This document shows positions 48,601-61,112 of a stretch of DNA of 63,682 nt, one piece after another. Numbering within the stretch: the first letter of the stretch is position 1; every line of letters begins with the position of its first letter. Made by a program: the position numbers and the translations under genes. The DNA is from Phoronis australis (Eukaryota > Animalia > Phoronida): the NCBI GenBank assembly GCA_002633005.1, contig NMRA01000021.1, positions 1,690,669 to 1,754,350 of the forward strand. The letters run 5' to 3'. Under the pieces are notes generated by a model. That model made no database searches. It worked only from the letters and a program-made list of their open reading frames with translations, and was not told the origin of the DNA.

Positions 48601-49462
48601 TGCCGGCTCAATCGGCAACGATTCAAGATAGATGAGTTTGGCAATACTTTTAGACCTCAAAGCACTTTGATTAAGCATTCAACATTGACAAGCAGCTAAG
48701 CAGCGTCAAAATGCTGCTTTAAAGCTTTATTTTTGTGGGCAAAATGCATTGGGCCACATTATCATAAAAAATACCAATGGTTAGCATGTGAAAATCTCTT
48801 TACATCTTAAACAAACATGTGACTGATGACTAATGAATATGCCATACATGGTAAGCCTCACACAGAGATTATCTGTAGAGAGTGATAGTGTTCAACAGGT
48901 GTCACTAGATGGCACTTTAGGTACTTCAAAGGTATTTTACGGACTACGATGAGTTAACTAACACTAGAGTAGTCAACTTATTTTTGGCAACATTTCCATG
49001 AAAATGGAATTTGTTGATCATCATACTTTTTAACGTGGCTCTTTATGGTATCCGCTGCACTAATTTTTTGGAAGTTTTATGTTCAAATTTCACCGGGTAT
49101 GTTGTACTGGCCAAAAATTTGGTGAGATGATAATCTTTTGTAGAGATCATTTAAAAAGTCCTTACAAATTTGAGGATACGTTTACTTTATTTTGGAAAGT
49201 TAATGATGACAGTGCATACTCCAGAATGCACTCAAGAGGAGAAGGAAACGCTCACCACCAATCCACGTACCAGTGTATCACTTCCATTCAGAACTAGTGT
49301 AAACTGTATGTTCAAAAAGTCTGGTAGTTTAACGCAAGCATCATCAGTGGATACGTTATGCCCTGAAGTTGGCATTAATTCAACTGTGATTCAGTGTAAA
49401 GTATTTTTAAAATGTATGTCTAAGAATAAATTACCAAATTATTTGGACACTTAACCGATGAG

Positions 49463-49616
49463 AAAATGTATGTGTCATTATTGAAAATATGTGTCATTAT
49501 TGAAAATATATTTGGCAGTATTGAAAGTATTTGTGTCATTATTGAAAATCATATATATGTCATTTTTGAAGATATATGTGTCGTCATTGAAGATATATGT
49601 GTCGTTATTGAAAATC
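49463..49616. repeat. Minisatellite, about 7 copies of a 19-21 nt unit
   Basis: Unit is approximately TATGTGTCATTATTGAAAATA. Confidence 0.85.
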
Positions 49617-50277
49617 TGTACAGTTACCAGTGTTGGAGAAAACTTTTGTCCATGCTCTGCAGTTTCCCCTATCACTTTACAGTGGGATAGGTTGCATTGC
49701 CATTCGACAGCGAAATTGATTTTAAAGCTCTTATCAAGATAGCATTGTATGTTGCTGTTTTGACTGATAAATATGCAAACATTAGCCCAATGTTTTTGTA
49801 CTGTGGTCATGATGTAAGCTACTCATGTAAATCATGTGACTGTCAGTCAAAGCATTTTCTGAAGTCAGTACTACTGACAGGTAACCTAAAAACCATATTT
49901 CAATGAAAACTGGGCTACGCAGGGCTAAAATGAGTCAATAGTCATCGCTAAAATCAGTGGTGAACACGTATTTACTATCTGTTTTATCTTCATGATTTCT
50001 ATTCTACGTTTTATATGCAACATGTATTCACCAAGATGGATGACCACTGAATCATCTAGCAACAACTATAAACTCACTTCAGTGCTATATGTTTGCAAGT
50101 CACGTGAAGTAACTCTTCTCATTTTATTTGGGTTTGACACTTAGTATGAAGAACTTCAGTTTTTAATTTCCCAAGACTTTTATTTACTACATGTCTCTAA
50201 ATGCTTAAATTTTTATGTAACGAGTGTTTGTTTGGTGACCGATCTGATGTGCTGTGCAAACCGTTAAAAGATATTTC

Positions 50278-50622
50278 ATTAAGTTGCAGTTTGCCCTGTT
50301 TAGGTGGCTAAAAACAAACGTTGAGGTACCGGCAGGCCTTTTACTCTCATAAAATCTGTCCTTACTATGATATGATTCCATTGTCATAGCCAACAAGAAA
50401 ATGCTTCACAGTTTATTAGCCAGGTTGGCTGACCCTTAAATTGTGAATTCTGAGCCGGTGCATGTACCTCCGCATTGCCTACAATTTGAGTTGGTAAGAG
50501 AAATACCGTAGAGTCCTGTCACCTTGGGGAATTTTTTTTAAACCGATTTTATGAGAGTAAAAAGCTGTACTCAATATTTGTTTTTCAGCCAGCTAAAACA
50601 AGGCAAGTGCGTAGCTTTCAAG
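50278..50622. mobile_element. MITE with long (about 75 nt) imperfect TIRs
   Basis: TTGCCCTGTTTAGGTGGCTAAAAACAAA..TTTTACTCTCATAAAATC is mirrored by GATTTTATGAGAGTAAAA..TTTGTTTTTCAGCCAGCTAAAACAAGGCAA. Confidence 0.65.
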
Positions 50623-50725
50623 TACATAATGAACTTTCATTTTTCTGCCATATTGTTCGTAAATGTACAAATTTTTATCGTAAAATTTTTGCGAGTTCTG
50701 TTGCAGCTTAAACCAGTCATGATAA

Positions 50726-50860
<135 letters not shown>

Positions 50861-51482
50861 TAAGGGTGCTCATAGTTATTTCCTTGGTTCTCGTATCATT
50901 AACCTCAGTATGTGTTAAAACAGAGAAGCATATTATTTAATCTGGTAACGACCATATTGTTTTTGTGAAATAAGTTTGGCAACTTGCACTAGCTAATTGT
51001 TCAAGTTCAGTCCAAAATAAAATGACATTGACATTTATTCTGAAGCCAAGAAACCACTTTTATCTGGTTGAGACTGGTTTTTTAAGTCAGTGATCTTATC
51101 CTGACATCAATGTTTTTTACATGAAAATTGTCAAAAAGGATGTTTTGTGCCTTAAAAGAAGACGTCTTGTATTTCATGATAAAGTTTTAAAAAATTCATA
51201 TGTTGAGGCTTTCATTAAGGAGGCACACCAGATTTGCTGCCTAAATCCTCTGCAAACTGGCTGCAGGTACAGTCTAACTGTACGCTGCTGCTCTCTCGTT
51301 ACTAGAGAGTTAGCTTTTGTACTGTTCCAGAATACTGCATATCGTCTTGCGGAGAAATTAAGTTTCTCCACTGTATAACCAGACAGCAGCTGTTAAGTTT
51401 GTGTCACTGTTCAATATTGCTGATTAGGAAAGTCTTCTGTGCTTTAAACAATGGCACCGTCATGCACTTGATCATACCTGAG

Positions 51483-52860
51483 TTTTATGCACTCACAATT
51501 ACGTATGTCTGTGTGTCTCGTTCCGGGTGTCCGGCATATTGTGCTGTATCCCCTAAACCACTCTTAGGATCTTCATGAAGTTTTACTGCCGCTGTGTTCC
51601 TATGAAGTTGAAGACATGTTGGATGGCCATTTCTGGGCATATTTAAGCATTGGTGTGCCCAGTGGCAATTTCAGTGTTTTAGAGTTGTCCCTGTATTTTT
51701 GTTCCATGACGGATTTTTGCAAGATTCATCAAATACATTTCTATTAAGGTGACAACAGCTTTGGAACAGATATTATTTTTAGTCCATTTTTGACATCTGC
51801 CTCTGTATGTGCCAAACTGCTCAATGTATCATTATGAAAGCTGGTTGTATGTTTCTGAGGAAGTGATCACATAAGGTGTGATTTTCGAACACATCCGACT
51901 ACTGCAAAACCCCCCTAAACGACATTCTTTTCGCATCCGCAGCTGTATCTTGTCAAGTCTTAGTAAGATCTTTGTGAAATTTGGCGACATGTGTTCCAAA
52001 AGAGCTGGCGATGGATGATGAGTTTCGAACCAACCTGACTACTGCTTTGCCTCCTAGTGGCAATTTTTGTTTATGTTTGCATTGATATCTTTGGAATTCC
52101 TCAAATTTGGCAAATAGATATCTATTAAAGAGATGATAAAACTTTTTCATTTTTGGATAGATTTGACCATAGATTATGATTTGACGTATTCTGCACCACC
52201 TAGTGGCTGTTTGTATGCTTATACATATGTGGTCAAATCGTCAAATGCTGCTGTAGGTACTGCTGGATCTCCTAAGCAGTTAAAAATTTGAATACCACTG
52301 TCCCTAGTGGCAATTTTAGTATTTTATTTGTGTGTCTGTATCTTCTCAATTCCTTCACTGATTTTCATAAGATGGTGGCACCTGTTCACAAATTCAACAT
52401 ATCCTGCACTAATGACATTTTATTATTTCTATGCATTTTATGGCATCCACTTCTTTATATGCTTGAAACCATGGAAATTGTCAAATGTGTACCTGCCAAG
52501 ACCATGGCCTTTGGACGAGTGCAGCAACTGTTAGATCCACTAGTGGCACTAATTTTATTTGCATCCGCGACTGTATCTCCTTATCCTTGCAAGTTTGTGT
52601 GAAATTTGGCTATAGTTCCTCTGAATGTTGCATCATGACGACTTTCAGGTGGATCTGACAACCACGTTACCTCCTAGTGGCAACTTCAGTTGTTTTACAT
52701 TTACCGCTTTATCTACAGAGTTCCATGAAATTTTCATGACAACTGGCAACTAAAATTCTACAGAGACGACCCTTCCCATTTTCGGAGATTCAGCGTATTC
52801 TGCACCACCTAGTGCTCTTTCTTATTCTTTGGTGTGCGAGACCATACTCTGCATATAAAA
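51483..52860 (+). mobile_element. Old HINE-like element with internal diverged tandem repeats, LC3C intron 3
   Basis: TTTTATGCA at the start is mirrored by TGCATATAAAA at the end; GTCTGTGTGTC microsatellite remnant; recurring CTGTATCT..TGAAATTTGG..CCTAGTGGCAATTT units. Confidence 0.55.
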
Positions 52861-53348
52861 TCACCGATTATGATGATGTGCAAGCCTCGCCACTTCAGAC
52901 CTTGTATGCATGTCTTTGTGGGGGTCATTAAAACACCCAGAGACCGTGACTGAAATTGATGTGTGTGGGAGCAGGTTTAAGTCCGAGTATGCTACAGACT
53001 GGAACCGTCCTTCTTTGGCCTTACCTCGTGAATGAACTTTGTGCCAGTAGAAATTCAACATGCAGCAATCTAGCCGTACAACCCTTGATGAAAACTGCAA
53101 TAAAATAGTCCCCAGTGTGGTAGTATATGTTAGATGGCGCCACAGTCCGTTACAAAGATTTGTCATTTCAGCGTTTCATATTTTGTGGTTCAGTTTGGTA
53201 GCATGTTGATGCATGGAAGTGGTGTGTATTCGTTAATGAATACACTCCCTCATCCTATACTCAACTCATGTTTACACACAGATTTGTACAGATCTTGCCA
53301 TTTAAGCAAATGAAACTAATGTTGCCGTTTTTGTATTTCTCCTTCCAG

Positions 53349-53508
53349 GAACAGAATGTCATTAAATGCCAGCCAAGCTTTCTACCTTATCATAAACAAC
53401 AAAAGCATAGCAAGCATGTCAATGACTCTGGCGGAAATATACAATGATGAGAGAGATGTTGACGGGTTTCTTTATATGACATATGCGTCACACGAAATGT
53501 TTGGTTGA
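53349..53508 (+). CDS. MAP1LC3C: MAP1LC3C-like coding exon 4 (terminal)
   Basis: Acceptor CCTTCCAG; encodes NRMSLNASQAFYLIINNKSIASMSMTLAEIYNDERDVDGFLYMTYASHEMFG then TGA. The four exons join in frame (73+56+107+160 = 396 nt, 131 aa). Confidence 0.97.
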
Positions 53509-54389
53509 AGCAGTCTGTTTAAAGGATGGATTTGATATTTAAATCAACCAGGCAACTGTTTGCAATACACACTATTCACGAAGTTGCCATTTTGAAAGTG
53601 ATCCTTTTTTAGGTTTTGAAAACCATGCATTCTGCACTTAATCACAGCGCAAAACAAAGCGCGACTCGTCATATTTGTCTCAAATGCATTGTTTTTTAAA
53701 CCTACTGAGAGGCTCACTACTAAAATGACTGCGTGAATAAGGTCTATTATGTACTTTCAACACTTGCGAGACTGGGATACAGATTATCGATGACTGTGAT
53801 AGGTCACGTGTTGCTGCGCAAGAACAGTTTATTTGTGCAAGCTGCATAAATTTATATTCAAGTTTACATTTGCAGCTATTATACCCCTGGCAGGAATTCA
53901 AGAGTATGAAAAAGGTGCAGAATTGTATTTCTTCATGTGTTCTGTCGGTCTGAAGTAAGATAAGTGATGTCCAAGAACCTGCATTGTTATATTATTTCAT
54001 AAGAAAAAAGACTTATCTATTTATTAACTGGAAACTGACTGTACCTAATGAATAATGTATTGGTCCCTCTTGTTTACTGATCAACCACACATGAATCAGC
54101 ACTATTTGCAATTATTGGCTTAGTGAGAGAGAATTAGTTAGACAATGGGTTTGAAACTCTGTTTATTCTAACACTTGTTGATATTGTCCAAATATCTCAA
54201 AGGTATATGATGCACCACTGCGAATTTTTTGTTATTTGTATGTGTCCTGTATAATATATAAGTACGGTGGTTGGTCTTGATTAGTTGACTGTTGCTATAT
54301 TTCGCGTTGTCACTGAAGTTAAATGTTTTGTAAATGTTTTCGTATTGACGTATCAATGTAACTTTAATTTGTGCAAATTTTGTTAAAAC

Positions 54390-54395
54390 AATAAA
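54390..54395 (+). terminator. Candidate polyadenylation signal of LC3C
   Basis: AATAAA about 880 nt after the stop codon, at the end of a U-rich UTR-like stretch. Confidence 0.4.
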
Positions 54396-57300
54396 ATTTA
54401 TTTTAAAACAATTTTGGCAAACCATCATCCCTTGTGACATGATGTAGATGGTCACCATTGGTAAAAGAAAAAACATGTTGTTTAATAGCAGGTATACATT
54501 TTTAATGATAGTAATTCCTTATTTTTCTCAATTTTTAAATATAGGGTACATATGATCTGCTGTGTTATTTCTATAGCCTTCTTTTGTGTACTTTCCTGAC
54601 CAAACCAGAACAGCATCTCTGGATGTTACAGAGCAAGTGGTCAAACACATGCCTAACACCTAAAGGCATTGCTATTATTCCTCACAACCAAGGTAAAAAT
54701 TCTTCAGTTAGGCACACAATACAGCAGATAGGTGAAATTTCACTTTGTAACATTTCTCAACAAAGTAACTATTCAGGAAAATTTACTTTGCTTATCAAAT
54801 AACACTTGGTTACACTTTGAGAATTTGTAACTGTATGGCAAGTCTCTGAAAATAGAAATATAGCAATTTTAGCAAATATGTTTGTCCCAAATTGAACAAT
54901 TTTTAACGTTAGCTCAACTTCGAGGGAAATACACCTGTTATATGAACCAACAATCATGAGTACACATCTGGGCATTCGACTAAAGGACGCTTAGTCTGCA
55001 GCAGGGGTGTTCACTACACAATTCATGGCTCCTTGGACACTCTCAAACCTTCAACAGGGGCCTCCTCAAGAAAGTCACCTCATGTACCAACTTGGCGCAT
55101 AGTGTCCCTTGCACAGTAGTAACGGCGCTTGGCTACACATGTCGACCAATGCATTCACTGGCGATTTCCTTTATCACATCCATGCTTGTTAGCCATTCAT
55201 CACCTGTAACGTTGAAGTTTTTGTGAATCAAGAAGTTGGCACAGAGACAATACTGAGTCTTGTATGTACTTTTCGAGGCCACAAAAATCTGCAACTACAA
55301 GCAGAAAAAAATACAGTCTGTGAGCGCCATACCCAAACCAGTACAATCTAGGGAAACTGGACAACTCCCCTTCACGGTTAGAATTTTTTGTTCTTGCAAG
55401 TCAAAATTCGACCAGACTCGCCATCGAATTAAAAACATTCTTAAGTCAGCACTAGCTGTGAGTAGCACACAAAACCTCACAATAATAGTCGGATTTAGAT
55501 ACCGGTATTCTGCTGACGGGGAAAATAACTAGAACTCGTTTTAACTAAACAAATGAAGTAACTTCAAGACATCTGCAGAAATGCAACAACATTTGACAGA
55601 AACCATACAGTAGAACATGCCCACACAAACTTAGAAAGTGGTCCGAAATCGAAAGTGGTCCGAAATAACTCTCAGAGCCAACAGTGCGACTCTAGTTTTA
55701 TCTAAATGTTTCTCAATATGTTTTTCAGATTACACATTTATGCGTTCAAATTTTATTCAAGTTTTCTGATGAGCTATTTCAATTTTACACGCTTTAACTT
55801 ATCAGCAAAGGTGGAACTTTTTGCAAATCAAGAAATGAGCACATCTCCACATGAAAGCATCATATTCCATTGCCCGCGAACAAAGCGCAAGTTCACCTTT
55901 ATCAATAGCAAGAGGATAATTGACGTTATGATGAGCTCGTAACACAGTAACAACCAGCCATTGGCTTGCTCAACCAATCCTCAGCCTGACTCATGTCATC
56001 TGAAAGATGAACAGAAAACTAAGCCCCTGAAATAGGGATAGATAACAAATAACGCAAAATGTATTAAAAAATGTAACAGTAGGTTTCATCAGTAGTTATC
56101 CAAGCCTCTTTTTATCAGATGGAAAAACACACAGTAAGTGTTGTGCCTAAAAAGCAGTAATTTTGTGGAAATACGATTTTGCACAATGAAATTCCAGAAA
56201 TTGAGGTTTTCTGTGTGATTCGTTGTAGTACTTGCATATTTTTGCTGTCCTTTCCAGTTTCATGTTGCTGCTAACTAAATACATGGGTGTGTTACTGTAT
56301 CCTTTTATAACCTCTAACGGTTAACATTTTGTGTAAAATAAGCATAAACTAATTAAGTTAGATGATGATGGCCTAGGAATCGAACAATATCCTATTAAAA
56401 AAGACCTCTTTAGCAAGGTGATTAAATGCAGCACAATCGTGACACCCATTCATCCATATTTTAGGCTTTAGCTGGCACATACCTCTACTATTAAAGTGCT
56501 CTTCGTCATGTGAATACAGTTAAATTTACGTTGAATGCAATGTTTTGTTCTAGTCAAAAAAAACATAGCATCACATTTAAAATCACACCAAGCGTAGTCT
56601 TCGACAAAATGACCCCACGAGAACACCTTGCCACGCTTGAAACGTGAAGACACGCTTACAGCAAACTAACCACGATTTTTGTAACAGAACGAAATGCTTA
56701 TGTACAAACATAAATAATTTGCCAGTCGATAAGGCGCAAGTCGATCGGTATATGTTAAAAGAACCGTAATGAATTTCAGGGTGGAGAAACAATCTGGTGG
56801 TCAATAACATATCCTCAAGCCTAAGCTGCAAGTCACAAGGAGCCTTAGGGTTCCCTCAACATTACCAGGCTAAGGCTAATGTTTTTCTGGTACAATCAAA
56901 TAATTTTATATCCAGGTGTAAATTTAACCAAAATTGGCCTTTTTACTTAATAAAGAACTGACCACAGAGTTGATTCAGCACCACATACAGGCCACATCAA
57001 TAGATTTTATAAGATTTACCCAATTCAGAACGAAGCAAGCCATGTAAAATACTAATTATAGTCACAAATGCAGTTGGACTGCAACAAGGTGTCCAAAATC
57101 CTTCTCAAGCATTGAAGTCCCCAAAATGATTCCTAAGTCGGTGCGCATGTCCTTATGCCCTGGAGATTTCCAGTTCTTGTGATAAAACCAACTCAATACA
57201 GAGATGTGACCATAAATTTAAGACAAGCTAACCCATGTGATCTAATCCCCATTTGGTCGGTGAAGAGCACTGAAAAGTGCAATACTGAAAATCGCATTGT

Positions 57301-57708
57301 ACAGGTTAGAAGAATCAAATCAGTCAAGAGGTCACCAGTGTTATTCAAGAATAGGGTTGTGTACTAATATTTGCCACTTAGATATCCATACTGTTTTGAT
57401 ACAGACGAGCAAGCAAGATATATTCGTTTTTTCACCCTGCCGGAACTTGACTATAAATTTTATGGGGTGTATCGCTGGGAAATTCGGATGCCCGCCTTTC
57501 AGAGTCGGCAAGAGATTTCTGGTTGATTACTGAACTTCTTTTGACTTCACTCTGGGTTTATTCCACGTCATAGTGGAGTGAATTGGAAAACAGGGCGTAG
57601 TTATAAAATTTGGCACTGAGTACTAATTTCGACACTATTGCCGATTTTTTTGTTTCAGTATTCGGTACCGAAAACTGGTGACCAACCCTATTCAAGAAGC
57701 AAAATGAT

Positions 57709-58038
57709 NNNNNNNNNNNNNNNNNNNNNNNNNNNNNNNNNNNNNNNNNNNNNNNNNNNNNNNNNNNNNNNNNNNNNNNNNNNNNNNNNNNNNNNNNNNN
57801 NNNNNNNNNNNNNNNNNNNNNNNNNNNNNNNNNNNNNNNNNNNNNNNNNNNNNNNNNNNNNNNNNNNNNNNNNNNNNNNNNNNNNNNNNNNNNNNNNNNN
57901 NNNNNNNNNNNNNNNNNNNNNNNNNNNNNNNNNNNNNNNNNNNNNNNNNNNNNNNNNNNNNNNNNNNNNNNNNNNNNNNNNNNNNNNNNNNNNNNNNNNN
58001 NNNNNNNNNNNNNNNNNNNNNNNNNNNNNNNNNNNNNN
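57709..58038. other. Assembly gap (330 N)
   Basis: Run of N directly adjacent to a (CCA)n repeat. It hides the C-terminal part of the RBM4/lark-like gene. Confidence 0.99.
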
Positions 58039-58095
58039 CCACCACCACCACCACCACCTCCACGACCACGCATGCCCCCTCGACCACCTCGACGC
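58039..58095 (-). CDS. RBM4: RBM4/lark-like exon, RGG/Gly-rich, runs into the gap
   Basis: Acceptor TTTCTTGTAG, phase 2, compatible with the previous exon; encodes (G)RRGGRGGMRGRGGGGGGG. Confidence 0.75.
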
Positions 58096-58278
58096 CTACA
58101 AGAAACATGACACTTAAATGACTGGATGACACTTTGTAGTGGAACTATTCAGCACATGGCGAATAAGTTTTGGATGCACAAGATAATGATAATGAACATT
58201 ATGAGATCCTCAGAAGAGTTCCTTCCTAAACTTTGAGCCCATGGCTAGTTCTCTAGTAGTGTATCGAGGTTGGGAAAA

Positions 58279-58390
58279 TGGTAACGGTCTGATATAACAT
58301 GCCCGAATCTTGAGAACCAGTTTTCTCCACTGAATAACGGGCATCAAACTGGTTCTCAAAACACCGGCACGTTATATCAGACTATTGCCA
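58279..58390. repeat. 112-nt hairpin / small foldback element in RBM4-like intron
   Basis: Arms TGGTAACGGTCTGATATAACATGCC..TTGAGAACCAGTTT and AAACTGGTTCTCAA..GGCACGTTATATCAGACTATTGCCA, with a loop of about 22 nt. Confidence 0.75.
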
Positions 58391-59439
58391 GGAAAACTTT
58401 ACCTCCACTTCAATGCTAAGTCTGCTGTCACAGAGAAATAGAGATCATTTTTTCTTCCAATTGAACTATAATACAAAATGTTGGAATAACGACTAGTTAC
58501 CGTTGTACACTACACCCATCCATCCCTTCATGCTACAGCAATACTTCAGCTACATAACGCAACAGTGATGAATAAATGGTAATCTATATCATCTTACTTC
58601 TCATCAACATTAGACTCAGAAAATTTCAGCTAATTGTTAGCTTGGTTTGCAATATACTGACCTATAAAACGTTTGGGGTAAGTTTCCCTTATTCGTAGCA
58701 AGAAAGTCAACCATTCAAAAACAGAGAAATGATATTTTTCAAAATTATGTTTGAAACTGAAATAAGAGAATTACCATAAGACATCGAAGAGTGAGACACA
58801 GTAACGAAACATGCTAGCTATNTCGCTTTTGAGGTCCGAAATTCAATTTTTTGCTTATGTCATTTTAATAAGAATAAGTCATTTTAAATAATAAGCTGTA
58901 TGTTTGAAACTGAAATAAGAGAATTACCATAAGACATCGAAGAGTGAGACACAGTAACGAAACATGCTAGCTATGGGGAAAATTTTCCAGATTGGGACAG
59001 TGAAAAATTAATTATTTTGCTCAAGGTCAGACTTTGTCCCATACTCTAGAAATAGACAATACTGGCCGTCTAAAATTCAAGAATCACCAGAGACGCCAAC
59101 ATTACTCTGTAGACTGAAAAACTTGAGAAATATGGTGAACGCCAAAATCACCCTTCTCCCAATTTTCAGAATCACGAAAATTTAATTTTTGTGGGTGTTT
59201 CCGTGTACCAAATTCTAGAGACATACCCAAATTGGAGAATTTTTACAGTACAAGCATTAAGGTTTGACCGAAAATGGGCATATAGAAGGATTTCTACAAG
59301 AAACTTTTCGGGAAATACTGACAGTTTTACAAAAATATGCAGTCATCATCGTTCAAAGCAAACTGTGCGAATAGAATTCCTCGCCATTACTTGTAACACT
59401 ACCAAGACCTAGCTTTCCAATATGCAATGATGCACTGAC

Positions 59440-59540
59440 CCTGAAGGGCAGTCTTTTGACCAATGTCCACGTCCACCACACTTGAAGCATTCATCTTTAC
59501 TTCCCATGCCTGGCTTTTGTCTAACGGAGCTCTTGGACAA
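59440..59540 (-). CDS. RBM4: RBM4/lark-like exon, CCHC zinc knuckle
   Basis: Acceptor CCTTTACAG; encodes LSKSSVRQKPGMGSKDECFKCGGRGHWSKDCPS; donor GG/GTCAGT. PGMG..CxxCG..GHWSK.CP is the lark/RBM4 signature. Confidence 0.93.
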
Positions 59541-61068
59541 CTGTAAAGGAAAACATAAAATACTCCAGGAATAAGCAAAAATCCAAAATATCTCAGGAAA
59601 TTGCCATCTTGCAACTGAAATTCAATAAGCTATCGACTGTGTTAATTTCACAATAACTCAGTAACCCCATATACATCTGAAATAAAATCTAAACCAAACA
59701 GCCATCACCCCAGTCTACCTAAAAGCGCAGCTTTGAAATGAGCCATTTCACAAGGATTCCTTGTATACTGTCCAAGGGCAGTGTACACATGTTGTGTCGA
59801 TCTTCAACAGAACATCATACTCCAAAGGGATATACTTAACCATTCGCCCAGTCGTCAATGCGACTATAACGGTGCTGGGCGAGTAGAAGACCACTGACCT
59901 GGAGCGAATTTTCAGAGCACATCTGTACTTTATTTTTCCTCAGACTTTTGTAGTTGAGTCAAAATGAATAAGTTTTCTCTTCCATTAGGTGTTATTATCC
60001 TGAATTTAAGGTTAATTTTGGTCCGTGTCTCGGTGCTCCAGTAGTAAAAAAATATTGAAGCAGTGTTCTCTAACCGAGCCAGAGGGTGTTAAACTTGATG
60101 TGATTCATTTAAAAGAAAGGTGACAGTGAGTGTAAGACGTATTTGCAAAAACAATATGGAGGGCTTACTGGTGAACGGAGTTGGAACCTAAATAGCAGCG
60201 ATGCTTTTATTTTGTGCAGAACTTGAATGGGCGTCCGATTTCGAAACTTCGCAGGCCATCTTAAAGCGAGCGATTTAGTTGCCGACACGAAAACTGAATC
60301 GGTGCTCTCTGACATGTGTATTCGAGTAGCTAAGTGTGGAACTTGAAATGGGAGAAACTACACGTTGGAAAAATACCTGCGACTTTCCTAGGACTGAACT
60401 GTCATGTGATTATCAGTGAAGTCGTCAAAGATAGACAACTCTTAAATGCAACAAGCTTCCCCCTATTGTTTGCAGTCCAAATTTTGGAACTCCGGTGATT
60501 GAAAAAGACCGTTGAAAAAAAATTTGCGACACGTTGTCCTAGCCGAATGACATACTGAGGAGCGGGAACAATTCAGTGCAAATTTCACAACAAAAAATCC
60601 AGTAACTTGTTCACAGATTCAGTGATTAGTTTTGCATTAAATGAAAAGCCTTCAAATACTTAAGACTCCTTGCAGATCAGGTGATTCGAGTTTGCTCCCT
60701 TAGCTCTGAACATGTATCACACATAGGAAAATTAGGTCAGTCCTGACACATAACTGGTGTTACTTTTCCTTCGGAGGTATAAAACCAAGACGGAATTTCT
60801 CGTTTAAACATTGAGCAGACGGGTTCTTTTGAAAAATGAATTTGCAGTTACATAGAATGAAAGTATGTGACCCACTATATAGACTGTGCAAGAGCCAGTT
60901 TCAAAACCAGGCGGTCGTTTTTTATGTACTATGACAGGAGACGCTTGCAGAATATGATGTCCCCGGCAACGACTCCAAATATAACCACGCACACTGTGAG
61001 TCGAAATTGATGGGCACTTTATAGCTAGCCTGAGCAGTGGGTACTGAAAATTCTCAAAAGTTGAGGGT

Positions 61069-61112
61069 GGGTACTTAGTCGAGCACTGCATGCAGTGCTC
61101 GACTAAGTACCC
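61069..61112. repeat. Perfect 44-bp spacerless palindrome
   Basis: GGGTACTTAGTCGAGCACTGCA|TGCAGTGCTCGACTAAGTACCC. Confidence 0.9.

Noticed and set aside
49463-49616. CRISPR-like array or repeat protein
   Set aside because: Contiguous minisatellite units without unique spacers, in a eukaryotic intron with no cas genes.
57558-58132. Long ORFs with X runs and poly-His/poly-Val
   Set aside because: Artefacts of translating through the N gap. Only the minus-strand RGG frame has splice support.
58746-58974. Exact 76-bp direct repeat (58746-58821 and 58899-58974)
   Set aside because: The first copy ends precisely at the N at 58822, which points to a contig-overlap assembly artefact.
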